Below, in pieces: positions 33,386 through 33,941 of a DNA stretch of 33,941 nucleotides. The position numbers and the translations under genes are program-made. Source of the stretch: Planctomycetota bacterium. GTDB lineage: Bacteria > Planctomycetota > Phycisphaerae > Phycisphaerales > UBA1924. Location: the NCBI GenBank assembly GCA_039818905.1, contig JBCBTA010000001.1:1-33941 (forward strand), given 5' to 3'. A model generated the notes under the pieces. That model did no database searches and was not told the DNA's origin. It saw only the letters and a list, made by a program, of their open reading frames with translations. The stretch's first letter is position 1. Every line of letters begins with the position of its first letter.

Positions 33386-33941
33386 CTACAACTGCACCCG
33401 GACTGTCTGTACGGCATTGGCAGGGATCGTCATCTTTGCGCGATCCTCTCCAATGCGCAGGGTGTAGTCGATCGGTGCCTTCGTCGTGTTGAGCACCTGA
33501 ACGCTGAGAATACCTGCATCATTGATCGTCGCACAGGTATGCAGAGCATCGGAGTCGAGACCGCGCAGTGTTCGCTCGGTCCACACCGCCTGGTCCCCTG
33601 GCCTGATCGTGCGACTGAACTGCGCAAGCACATGGTAAATCGGCGTGTAGTACACGTACTGCGTCTCTGTATCGATCATGATCGGCGCCCCGCAAAAATT
33701 GCCGACATGGTTCGGGCCACCGCGACGATCCAGCACGATGTTCCAGTCCACCCACCCTGTCATCCAGTGGTTCAGGCTCACGATGATGTTGCGGGCGTAG
33801 CGGTGCACCGGCGTGTACATCGGATGATCCTCCGGTGCCGAGGCCCACTCTGCCGTGTAGGCCCAGTCGGTGGCGTTGCAGTTCCACCAGAAGTCATCGT
33901 TGTCGAACCAGCCCGACTCCTTGAAACCCTCCGGATCACCG
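33386..33941 (-). CDS. GH30-family glycoside hydrolase (glucosylceramidase-like), C-terminal part only; N-terminus beyond window
   Basis: Own translation extends the track ORF upstream to the window edge: GDPEGFKESGWFDNDDFWWNCNATDWAYTAEWASAPEDHPMYTP.... It then shows GWVDWNIVLDRRGGPNHVGNFCGAPIMID, a GH30 signature, followed by the C-terminal beta-sandwich. Confidence 0.8.
   Translation of the reverse strand, partial: GDPEGFKESGWFDNDDFWWNCNATDWAYTAEWASAPEDHPMYTPVHRYARNIIVSLNHWMTGWVDWNIVLDRRGGPNHVGNFCGAPIMIDTETQYVYYTPIYHVLAQFSRTIRPGDQAVWTERTLRGLDSDALHTCATINDAGILSVQVLNTTKAPIDYTLRIGEDRAKMTIPANAVQTVRVQL

Overview
High-GC bacterial chromosomal window with about 31 protein-coding genes. I found no rRNA, tRNA, CRISPR array or mobile element. 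All calls rest on motif recognition in my own and the supplied translations; no database search was run. The gene content points to a Planctomycetota (Phycisphaerae-like) genome. The markers are a DUF1559-type pseudopilin, PEP-CTERM-like tails and Cys-bracketed dockerin-like C-termini.

The first ~20 kb is a uronate-polysaccharide (alginate-like or uronan) utilisation island with four parts:
- A minus-strand operon (4774 to 1): PL5 alginate-lyase-like, aldo/keto reductase, Gfo/Idh/MocA oxidoreductase, TIM-barrel isomerase, and ManD-type mannonate dehydratase.
- A divergent LacI regulator followed by a five-gene secreted operon (6171-13235).
- A minus-strand eda-kdgK-araC-oxidoreductase-TIM-barrel operon (18040 to 13319).
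- A divergent GH88-like hydrolase plus SDR pair.

The secreted operon is the most unusual part and my best candidate for an undescribed system. It encodes a triple-repeat lectin-like protein, a prepilin-type DUF1559 protein, a PL6 lyase-CBM protein, a small orphan protein, and a cohesin-like plus dockerin protein. Three of the five products end in Ca-binding dockerin-type modules. I read this as a cellulosome-style, possibly pseudopilus-linked, surface lyase assembly.

The rest of the window is a housekeeping or accessory mix: two PEP-CTERM-like secreted proteins, a VOC enzyme, a secreted M24 peptidase, a membrane protein, a KNTase-like nucleotidyltransferase, an orphan Hpt protein, MgtE, a tetR-MFP-RND operon, an aquaporin and a partial GH30.

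The first 62 nt are a perfect inverted copy of 126-187 inside the manD coding sequence, most likely a fold-back assembly artefact. Many long ORFs in the six-frame track are antisense shadows typical of high-GC DNA and were rejected.
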